This document shows positions 56,663-64,000 of a stretch of 64,000 nt of DNA, in pieces. The position numbers and the translations under genes are program-made. The stretch is from Candidatus Bathyarchaeia archaeon. Lineage in GTDB: Archaea > Thermoproteota > Bathyarchaeia > Bathyarchaeales > Bathycorpusculaceae. The stretch covers positions 1 to 64,000 of the forward strand of contig JAVZNT010000003.1 of assembly GCA_038882655.1 (NCBI GenBank), written 5' to 3'. How positions within the stretch are numbered: the first letter of the stretch is position 1; every line of letters starts with the position of its first letter. The notes beneath the pieces were generated by a model that was not told where the DNA came from, made no database searches, and saw only the letters and a program-made list of their open reading frames with translations.

Positions 56663-56689
56663 GGTTCAACTCCCCCCAACTCTACACTG
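56663..56689 (+). repeat. Degenerate copy of the tRNA-Cys 3' end plus flank (att-like remnant)
   Basis: 12/12 identity to 51742-51753, a shortened C-run, then 9/10 identity to 51762-51771. Confidence 0.65.
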
Positions 56690-56816
56690 CTACCCAAATA
56701 CGAAAGAAGCTTACCAGTGGTTTCGGCAAAATGTCCATCTTTAACATTTAGGGATAGAATTTTCTTACATAAACGTTTTATGATTAAACATTGAATGTGA
56801 AGCGGTGACATGAGCT

Positions 56817-58190
56817 TTGGAATATAAATGCTATTGTGGCGCGACCCTGAAATGTTCGCATGATGGAAACTGGTTCTGTCCAAATGGACACCCAGTATAC
56901 ACTTGTAAAAAATGCGAAGCGCTTGGAAAGAATACTCCACTTCAATGGGTTTCGCAGTATCAACGATGGTATTGTTATGAATGCAGGGAATATGCTTCAA
57001 AATCAGTTGCGGAAGAAAAAATAGAAGAGGAAGAGGAGGTAGGCGGGGAAGAAGAGGAGTTTCTCGACGAAGAAGAATTTCTTGAAGAGGAAGAAGAAGT
57101 CGAAGTAAGCGGCTACATACTCGGCATACCTAGAGGCAGTAGAGTTGACGAATTCTGTTTCATGTGCAAACATCTGAAATTCACACAAAATAATACGCAC
57201 ATCAAATGTGGTATGAACATCCCCAGATTCTTGGAACCAGCGATTTCAGAGGTCACCATAAGACCAACAGGCGCAGGCAAGGGGATAAGCGGTATATGCG
57301 CTCAAGCATCTTTCATCTCCGACGAGGACGCCCTATTAACTCTTCAAGAATGGCGAGAATTCATTGAGAAAATAGTTGAAAAGCAGATAGAAAATCACGA
57401 AGATGAAGCTGAACCCATCGAAATGTACCGAATTGAATTCGTCGGCGCAACCACCGCAGATGGAGGTGCAAACGCCACCAAGGTACCTGTAAGTCGCGAC
57501 AGCATTGTTGGTGGCCGAATCACTGTGACAATTGACAGCGAAAATGAGAAAGTTTGGATTCATGCTGGAACTAAAAAGTCCGGTTTTCTGAGCGGCTTTG
57601 CAAAGGTTATAGGAGGCATTGCCGGCTCCATGGAAGACTGTTTCAGTGCGCGATTTCTGAGGGATCTACTAAAACGGGATATAGAATCGTTTAGCGTTGA
57701 GAAAATATGGGCTGGAGAGGAGCCTCTGGAGTTTTGGCAGGTTTTGGATAGAGGCGCAAGAGAGCTATCTAGTCAGGCATCTGAGCATGTGTTAGAACAA
57801 CCTAAATTTGAAGGTCCTAAGATAGAAATGTACCTGTTAAAGTATCACATGGGAAGGGCATACGGTGAATATTATACTGGAGGCAGAAGTGATAGCGAAA
57901 CAAAATCAATAACTATCGAGCCATTAAAAGCATCCGTTGAAGAACTTCAGTCAAAACGCATGGTAATCGTCATAGATCACCAAGCAAAAATTGTTTGGCA
58001 CTGGATAGGAGACAAAAGTGCACGCCTAATGAAGTTCTTCGTAAAAAGAATACCCTCAGATGGACAGTCACGGAGGCATCATTTAGGCATTATTGGAAGT
58101 CGAATAGGGCAAAGCATAGACGATTATGACTATGTCGTAGTCGAAGAGAAAAAGGAACCAGAACAGTTCAAGAGGCTTTTCCAAGCTTAA
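56817..58190 (+). CDS. Zinc-ribbon / acidic linker / tandem gelsolin-like-domain protein
   Basis: TTG start with GGTGA upstream; Cys-rich N-terminus, poly-Glu tract, two internal repeats (about aa 200-311 and 334-457) with the gelsolin pattern ..D....VW.W.G..S and E..EP..F...(L/F). Confidence 0.7.
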   Translation: MEYKCYCGATLKCSHDGNWFCPNGHPVYTCKKCEALGKNTPLQWVSQYQRWYCYECREYASKSVAEEKIEEEEEVGGEEEEFLDEEEFLEEEEEVEVSGYILGIPRGSRVDEFCFMCKHLKFTQNNTHIKCGMNIPRFLEPAISEVTIRPTGAGKGISGICAQASFISDEDALLTLQEWREFIEKIVEKQIENHEDEAEPIEMYRIEFVGATTADGGANATKVPVSRDSIVGGRITVTIDSENEKVWIHAGTKKSGFLSGFAKVIGGIAGSMEDCFSARFLRDLLKRDIESFSVEKIWAGEEPLEFWQVLDRGARELSSQASEHVLEQPKFEGPKIEMYLLKYHMGRAYGEYYTGGRSDSETKSITIEPLKASVEELQSKRMVIVIDHQAKIVWHWIGDKSARLMKFFVKRIPSDGQSRRHHLGIIGSRIGQSIDDYDYVVVEEKKEPEQFKRLFQA

Positions 58191-58204
58191 TGTCTGGGAA
58201 TTAA

Positions 58205-59056
58205 ATGAATGTTGAGGCCATCACATTCCTTGCAATTAGCACAATCTACTGGGTACTTGCACTGCGTTATTATTATGGCGTTTCTAAAGAACTGAGTCAG
58301 TATGCGCAAAAACCTCTAAAATCACCTAAAACTAGGACACTCATTATCGCTATTTACGGTTTCGGGCTAACATTATCTTTCGCGCTTGTGGGCCTAAACT
58401 CGAAATCAATCCTGCTGTCAGCCCTTCGAGGAGGCGCCCCTATTTCAGCTTTCTTTATAATCCTTCTTTCTTTTTTAAGCCCAATTATCAATTATCTTTC
58501 TGTTTGCATTCAAGCTACGAATAGTGTTAATACTATTTTTCTATCCTCTAGCTTTCTGTTGGCAGTTGCTTCCGGCATAGCCATCCTTATTCCCTTCGGC
58601 TATGTCCTATATAAAACTCGAAAAGAAATAGAGATGCGCTTTCAAATGGCTACAGGTGGAATGCCTAAAAAACTGCGTGGAGATTTTAAAATGTACAGAA
58701 CATCTCATGGAAAGCCGGTTACACGAGGCATATTTGGAGGGCTTATGGGCTTGATTATGTTTCCTTGGTATTTGTACTTTGATTTATTCAAAGCTAAGCA
58801 AGGCCTCGTTGTATATAGAAAAGCGACAACAACCGAATACGACTGGACTTTCGTTGATTCGTCCCATCCTCCGCCCTTTTATGTTAGAGATGAGAGATTA
58901 GAGGTGGATATAGGAGAGGCGCTCGCTAAAACAGACAAAAGAACTATAAATCATGCCGGCGTCCCTATTTGCCCAAAATGCAAAAAGGCGCTCATCTACT
59001 TAGAAGACCATCAAAAATGGTGGTGTACCAAGTGCAAAAGAGCCTATATAGAATAA
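58205..59056 (+). CDS. Multi-pass membrane protein with C-terminal zinc ribbon
   Basis: 4-5 TM helices; ends CPKCKKALIYLEDHQKWWCTKCKRAY. Confidence 0.78.
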   Translation: MNVEAITFLAISTIYWVLALRYYYGVSKELSQYAQKPLKSPKTRTLIIAIYGFGLTLSFALVGLNSKSILLSALRGGAPISAFFIILLSFLSPIINYLSVCIQATNSVNTIFLSSSFLLAVASGIAILIPFGYVLYKTRKEIEMRFQMATGGMPKKLRGDFKMYRTSHGKPVTRGIFGGLMGLIMFPWYLYFDLFKAKQGLVVYRKATTTEYDWTFVDSSHPPPFYVRDERLEVDIGEALAKTDKRTINHAGVPICPKCKKALIYLEDHQKWWCTKCKRAYIE

Positions 59057-59119
59057 TAGAGAGAAATAAGCGATTTTGCGGTATATCACGTAGCAGTAAG
59101 TTCACTTTTCAAGCCGGTG

Positions 59120-60520
59120 CTAAGTGCTTTTGATGACCGCTTTTGCCCAGCTTCCATATTTTATCCAGAGTATGGCTATCATTCCGCTTATAATGTTGCT
59201 TATTGCTATGGCTAGCCAAATCCCTATAGAGCCCATGTCGAGAATGAAAGCCATGAGATAGCCTGCGGCTATCCTTATTCCCCAAAGCCTCACCATTCCC
59301 AAGCCCGTTGGAAATGTTGTGTGTCCCGAACCCCTCCCAACTGATAGGGCTACGGCGAAAAGTCCAAAGAATGGAAGCGTGGGAAGCATTGTTTGGAGGA
59401 AAATGTCTGTCTCATTTACTGTGTTAGGATCATCTGCGAAGACGTCCACTAAGTTTCTCCTAACTGGGTATACTATGGCGGCACTTATCATCATTAGGGC
59501 GAATATGAGGAGGGTTGCTTTAAAGGCTACTTCTCTGGCTCTTTTATGGTTGTCCGCGCCGAGACTTTGCCCTATCATTATGGCCGGGGCTCCACTTAAA
59601 CCCCAAAGCGCAGCATCCACAATATCCATCATTACAAAACCTATAGAAAAGGCGGTTGCGGTTACGATTCCAAGCATGTTGACAAGTCTAAGCTGCATGA
59701 GAAAGGCGAAACCATTTGTTAAGCCAAGCGTTAAAATTGGCAGCCCTATACGTAAAACCAAGCGAGCCCATGTGACGTCTATTTCCTTAGTTGGTCTTAT
59801 ATGGAGCTCTGGGTAGTATTTTCTCAAAATGTATGTTAGGGCTGTTATTGATATTATTTTTCCCATAACATCTGTTAGGGCTGCTCCGACTACTCCGAGT
59901 CTTGGAATGGGTCCTATACCTAAAATAAGGAACGGGTCTAAGGCTATGTTTATGGCGACAGATATGACATTAACAATTGCTGGTCTTCTTGTGTCTCCCA
60001 CGCTTTGGAGAATCGTCGTATATGTTAGGGCTATGTAGTTGAAAAACACGTCGAAGACTATTACGCCAGAATACCTCATAACATCCTCAAAAATTTCTGT
60101 GGGTGTGGACACAACAACTGTAAAAATCGAATTTCTAAGTGCCAAAAGGAGCATGCTTAAGGCACCACCAGATATTAGGGACAGCGTAAAGAAGCGTGAT
60201 GCTGACATACTTGCTTCCTTGTAGGCTTTGCTTCCCACATACTGTGAGATTACGCTTAGACTTGCTGTGGTGATGGCGTTTGCAAGGGCTTGAAAAAGCA
60301 TTAGAATGGGCCAAATCTGTCTAGGAACAGCCACAGCTTGTTCGCTGTAGTTGCTAAGCCAATAAGTGTCAGCCACGTTGTAAGTTACAACCACAAGTTG
60401 GTTTACAAGGGGAGGGGTTCCCAACCAAAAAATTGTGCGAATAATGGGGCCGTCAATAATTTTATCCCTGTACTTGCTTATTCCACTAGGCTCTAGTGGG
60501 CTTTCAGAGTCTTCAGCCAT
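59120..60520 (-). CDS. MATE family efflux transporter / flippase
   Basis: YNVADTYW, ISQYVG, GDTRRP, NIALDPFLI.G...LGVVGAAL, IGQSLGA, G.GHT; about 12 TM. Confidence 0.93.
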   Translation of the reverse strand: MAEDSESPLEPSGISKYRDKIIDGPIIRTIFWLGTPPLVNQLVVVTYNVADTYWLSNYSEQAVAVPRQIWPILMLFQALANAITTASLSVISQYVGSKAYKEASMSASRFFTLSLISGGALSMLLLALRNSIFTVVVSTPTEIFEDVMRYSGVIVFDVFFNYIALTYTTILQSVGDTRRPAIVNVISVAINIALDPFLILGIGPIPRLGVVGAALTDVMGKIISITALTYILRKYYPELHIRPTKEIDVTWARLVLRIGLPILTLGLTNGFAFLMQLRLVNMLGIVTATAFSIGFVMMDIVDAALWGLSGAPAIMIGQSLGADNHKRAREVAFKATLLIFALMMISAAIVYPVRRNLVDVFADDPNTVNETDIFLQTMLPTLPFFGLFAVALSVGRGSGHTTFPTGLGMVRLWGIRIAAGYLMAFILDMGSIGIWLAIAISNIISGMIAILWIKYGSWAKAVIKST

Positions 60521-60571
60521 AGGCTTCCCTTTACGTTGAAAATGAATTCTTAAAAGCTTTTCCTAAAATTT

Positions 60572-61432
60572 TCAGAAATATTCAAGAATTTTTGAAGAGA
60601 TGGGCCTGTGGAACTTTCTTTTCACCCTTTCAATAGGCTCTCCGACAACTTCTATGTTTTCCAGTCGGCATGTTCCAAGTCCCTTTTTCTCCGCCAAAAC
60701 CAGATGCTTAACTTTCGTTGGCGAAACTCCCATAACAGCAGCACCAACAGTGTCAACAGCCACAGGGTCTGCGCCTGCTATAACCAAATCCATTTTTACA
60801 GGATTTCCACTCGTTTCATGTCCTTCTCCAGCTATTATTCCATCAATAACCGTTAGGCTTGGCTTTAGTACGGAAGTCAAGTCCACAATGTTCGCGTGAA
60901 GTCTACCGTTGTGCATGCTTCCTTTGGAGGCGAGGGCTCCCATCATGTTCTTTATTCCAAGCGTGACTGTGGCGAGCCTATGAAGTTTCAGCTTTGGAAC
61001 ACTTATTATTACGCTTTCTAGGGCTGTTTTTGCTACCTTAACCTTTCTTAGAGCCAAAGGATTTGACGGATAAACCTCAACGAAAATGTCCTTGTTGAGG
61101 TCGACAAGTTTCACTTTCCATTTTTCGCTTACTTTGTCTAACTCAGCAACTTTGAAGGCTTCAAACGTGTCTGCCCAACCGCTTCCCTCACCAATAACGA
61201 TGTCGTCTTTATCATGCTCTTTAAGAAATTTAACAACCCCTTCCACCACCCTGCCGTCTGTTGTGATTCCAGTTGAAGGGTGCTGAGCTGTTATGTAATT
61301 CGGCTTTATGAGAATGGGCTTTTTTGCGGAAAGAATGGCGTCTAAATCCGACTTTACTGCTTCAAGCGCTCTAACAGTTGTTTCTATGGGGTCTGAGCCT
61401 TTAATTATGGCTACTTGGCTAATTTTACTCAT
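60572..61432 (-). CDS. DUF362 domain protein
   Basis: LIKPN, TTD, IGEG, ISVPKLKLH...VTLGIKNMMG, VIDG...EG, DPVAVD. Confidence 0.9.
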   Translation of the reverse strand: MSKISQVAIIKGSDPIETTVRALEAVKSDLDAILSAKKPILIKPNYITAQHPSTGITTDGRVVEGVVKFLKEHDKDDIVIGEGSGWADTFEAFKVAELDKVSEKWKVKLVDLNKDIFVEVYPSNPLALRKVKVAKTALESVIISVPKLKLHRLATVTLGIKNMMGALASKGSMHNGRLHANIVDLTSVLKPSLTVIDGIIAGEGHETSGNPVKMDLVIAGADPVAVDTVGAAVMGVSPTKVKHLVLAEKKGLGTCRLENIEVVGEPIERVKRKFHRPISSKILEYF

Positions 61433-61719
61433 CTCGACACTTGAAAGTCAAAAATAAGAGCGGCAATTTAACACTTACCATCTTACAAACCATAAAAAAG
61501 CAAGGAGAAAGACGTTGAAATTTAAAAGCGGGACCGGTGAAGGCAAAACATCTTCAAGAGGCAATGGGAAGCTTTTACTTCTTTTCCTTCTTCTTTGGCA
61601 CGGCCATCATCAAATTTTGATGGGAAAAACCAGATGTTAAAATTTTTCGTTCCATCTAAAGGTGTTTAGAGGCATTTTGTTGCAATATTTTTAAATGGGG
61701 CTTTGCGGGAGGCTTTCCT

Positions 61720-62118
61720 ATGCACGAATGGGCTTTAGCGGAGGCAATAATCTCTTCCGTTTCGCAAATAGCTGAAAAGGAGGGGCTAAAAGAGGTCAAG
61801 GAGGTCAAGATAAAAGTTGGCGAGCTTCAGCAGGTAGAAGTAGACATTTTAGAGTTTGCGCTGTCGGAGCTTAAGATGGACAAGCTCAAAAACACCAAAT
61901 TTTCGATAAAAACTGTTAAAGTCAAGTTGCAATGCAGAGCTTGCAGACATAAATGGTCTTTCAACAAGAACAAACTTGATGAGGAATCAGCCGAAGCCAT
62001 TCACTTCCTCCCCGAAACAGTGCACGCCTACATTAAATGTCCAAGATGCGGCAGTCCGGACTTTGAAGTTTTACAAGGTAGGGGTGTATGGCTTGAAAGC
62101 GTAAGGGGAGTCAAGTAG
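61720..62118 (+). CDS. hypA: Hydrogenase nickel incorporation protein HypA
   Basis: MHE N-terminus, GELQ, CRAC and CPRCGS, GRG. Confidence 0.95.
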   Translation: MHEWALAEAIISSVSQIAEKEGLKEVKEVKIKVGELQQVEVDILEFALSELKMDKLKNTKFSIKTVKVKLQCRACRHKWSFNKNKLDEESAEAIHFLPETVHAYIKCPRCGSPDFEVLQGRGVWLESVRGVK

Positions 62119-62120
62119 CC

Positions 62121-62849
62121 ATGTTAGACCCGCGAGAAAATGTTATCAACAAGAGACTTAAAGGGGTAAAGCGCATAATTGCCGTTTCAAGTGGTAAAGG
62201 CGGTGTTGGAAAAAGCCTTGTTGCATCCACCATTGCCTTGACACTGGTGAGAAAAAACTTTAAAGTCGGGCTTTTTGACGCGGATTTCACGAGTCCCTCA
62301 ACCCACCTAATTTTAGGTGTTAAAAAAGCGGAGCCAAAAGAGGAGAAGGGCATAATTCCAGTTCAAGTTCACGGTTTAAAATACGTCTCAATTGTCGCTT
62401 ACTCAAAAGAAAGAGCGTTGCCTTTGAGGGGCGCAGATGTTTCAAATGCTCTTATAGAACTTTTCGCCACTACGATATGGGGAGATTTAGACTTCCTAAT
62501 AATAGATATGCCTCCAGGCATAAGCGACGTCGCATTAGACGTAGTTAGACTTGTTAAAGGCATAAACTTCCTCGTAGTTACGACACCTTCTTTGCTTGCC
62601 TTTGAAACCGTTAAGAAGTTGCTGGATCTGCTTGCTGGGCTTAAAGTGCCAGTTTTAGGCGTTGTTGAGAACATGAAAACTAAGGGAAACGCGTTTATAT
62701 CGCAGAATGTTGTGGCCACGAGTTTTCCTTTTCTTGGAGAGTTACCCTTCGACTCGAAGGTTGAGGATTCACTGGGGGACGTAGATGCACTTTTAAAGAC
62801 AGATTTTGCCAAAAAATTGGCTGAAATTGTTTCAAAAAATTTCCTTTAA
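62121..62849 (+). CDS. Mrp/NBP35 family ATPase (probable HypA partner)
   Basis: SGKGGVGKS deviant Walker A, DAD, WG.LDFLIIDMPPG, VTTP, VENM; 2 nt after hypA. Confidence 0.9.
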   Translation: MLDPRENVINKRLKGVKRIIAVSSGKGGVGKSLVASTIALTLVRKNFKVGLFDADFTSPSTHLILGVKKAEPKEEKGIIPVQVHGLKYVSIVAYSKERALPLRGADVSNALIELFATTIWGDLDFLIIDMPPGISDVALDVVRLVKGINFLVVTTPSLLAFETVKKLLDLLAGLKVPVLGVVENMKTKGNAFISQNVVATSFPFLGELPFDSKVEDSLGDVDALLKTDFAKKLAEIVSKNFL

Positions 62850-62850
62850 T

Positions 62851-63246
62851 CTATTTAGCCGTTTTCTTAGCCGGTTTTTTCTTCGTTTCGCTTGAAACCC
62901 GCTTTCTAGACAGCAAAACTTCTTCCATTGAGTTTGCCTTTTGCAACTCATTCATATACCAACCTCTGTCCCTTGAATAGTTTATTCCAGCCGCTATTCC
63001 ATAAATGATTAGGGTTAGACCACAAATTATTAGGGCTAAACCTAGAAGGGTTCCGCTGTGAAAGACAGCATAATAAGGAATAAATAGAAACCACTCGGGA
63101 TTTCTACCAATCACACTGCTGATAAGTAGGTTTTCAAGGATTCCTCCAACAAAGAATGTTGTTCCAGCGAGAAACATTAGATAAGCCACTGTCTCGTTGT
63201 GTCTTGATTCTTCAGCCTTTTCGTGCAAGTAGTCTCTGAAAGACAT
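62851..63246 (-). CDS. Uncharacterised 2-TM membrane protein; paralog of 775..1137
   Basis: YLHEKAEESRHNET, FFVGG.LE, NPEWF, WYM..LQKA shared with 775..1137. Confidence 0.8.
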   Translation of the reverse strand: MSFRDYLHEKAEESRHNETVAYLMFLAGTTFFVGGILENLLISSVIGRNPEWFLFIPYYAVFHSGTLLGLALIICGLTLIIYGIAAGINYSRDRGWYMNELQKANSMEEVLLSRKRVSSETKKKPAKKTAK

Positions 63247-63351
63247 AACTTCTCAATATTCTCATCATTGGACATATACCTAAATCTTATTATGTGGAAA
63301 TAAGTATTGCAAAAAAGTATTAGAAATTCAGCGAAGTGGAGAAGAAAGGCT

Positions 63352-64000
63352 TTGCCACTCATTAAGGCTGTTATATTTGATTTCATTGGTACGCTGGTGA
63401 ATGTTAAAGGTTACAACTTGGAAACTTCAAAAATGAAGCTTTGTAAGGCTATTTTCGACGCTGGTTTTAAAGTGAGCCAAAAAGATTTTTTAGAGGCGTA
63501 CAGTCAAGCCCATGAAAAATATCGTGCTATACGCTATCAGAAACTTATCGAAGTCACAAACGCTATATGGATTTCCGAAGCACTAAACAGTTTAGGATTT
63601 AAGACAAGCCCAGAGGACGCTCGCATAAGAACTGCTGTTAACATTTTCTTTGAGGACTACCTGAACTCTTTTAGGCTAAGAAAGTGTGCAAAGCAAACTT
63701 TGAGAATGTTGGCTGGGGATTATAAGCTTGGGCTTGTTTCAAACTTTACATATGCCCCAGTTATATACGCTGGGCTTAGAAGAGTTGGAATAAGCAATTT
63801 TTTTGATGTTATACTGGTCTCGGAGGCTGTTGGCTGGCGAAAGCCCCACGCCAAAATTTTTGAGGAAATGTTAAAGAGGCTTGGAGTAGAGGCTAAAGAG
63901 GCGCTTTATGTCGGGGACAGTCCTGAGGAAGATATCAAGGGTGCAAAGCAGTTAGGCATGAAAACAGTCTTTGTTGCCTCTCAGTTTTTCCCGGTTGAAA
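63352..64000 (+). CDS. HAD-superfamily hydrolase (subfamily IA); runs off the window edge
   Basis: Not in the ORF track. From TTG 63352: MPLIKAVIFDFIGTL...LGLVSN...KPHAKIF...YVGDSPEEDIKGAKQLGMKT. Confidence 0.88.
   Translation, partial: MPLIKAVIFDFIGTLVNVKGYNLETSKMKLCKAIFDAGFKVSQKDFLEAYSQAHEKYRAIRYQKLIEVTNAIWISEALNSLGFKTSPEDARIRTAVNIFFEDYLNSFRLRKCAKQTLRMLAGDYKLGLVSNFTYAPVIYAGLRRVGISNFFDVILVSEAVGWRKPHAKIFEEMLKRLGVEAKEALYVGDSPEEDIKGAKQLGMKTVFVASQFFPVE

Larger units (their letters stand above)
51742..56689. mobile_element. Decayed genomic islet integrated at tRNA-Cys (no integrase visible)
   Basis: Bounded by imperfect direct repeats: GGTTCAACTCCCACCCCCGGCTCTGCACTG (51742-51771) and GGTTCAACTCCCCCCAACTCTACACTG (56663-56689). 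Confidence 0.6.

Noticed and set aside
56596-57000. 134-aa minus-strand ORF
   Set aside because: Overlaps the zinc-ribbon gene and the tRNA-remnant repeat (GGVEPST is the antisense T-arm); no independent support.
57010-57105. GAA/GAG-rich repetitive tract considered as a tandem repeat or CRISPR-like array
   Set aside because: It encodes the poly-Glu linker of the 56817..58190 protein and has no repeat-spacer periodicity. No CRISPR array was seen anywhere in the window.
61575-61610. Minus-strand micro-ORF MMAVPKKKEKK upstream of the DUF362 gene
   Set aside because: Only 11 codons with no clear SD; cannot be distinguished from chance without expression data.

Overview
Archaeal chromosomal window of TACK type, most consistent with Bathyarchaeia. 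The lineage call is an inference from r-protein content and order (S4e, L32e, L19e, L34e, Rnp1), frequent TTG/GTG starts and the protein families present. From left to right it contains: tRNA-Glu followed by a bacterial-type rsmH; small membrane and housekeeping genes; a nine-gene acyl-CoA beta-oxidation cluster with ETF; tetraether lipid synthase (tes); TrmB; [NiFe]-hydrogenase maturation genes hypFCD and hypE interrupted by small membrane genes, with hypA-Mrp far downstream; the rpl22-to-secY-cmk ribosomal superoperon with an inserted Hsp20; a processive GT2 triad; a threonine-synthase-fold protein that lacks the PLP lysine and is fused to a winged helix, followed by a palindrome, an ECF S-component and a PurM-like gene; glycosylation genes; DNA ligase; an E1-like enzyme; and tRNA-Cys. 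An accessory region follows tRNA-Cys. It holds a ~4.9 kb islet bounded by a decayed copy of the tRNA 3' end (giant TPR-Ig-wHTH protein plus a secreted protein), then a two-gene unit encoding a zinc-ribbon/acidic/tandem gelsolin-like protein and a membrane protein with the same zinc-ribbon type. No CRISPR array, rRNA, integrase or transposase was seen. All calls come from motif recognition by eye; no database searches were run.
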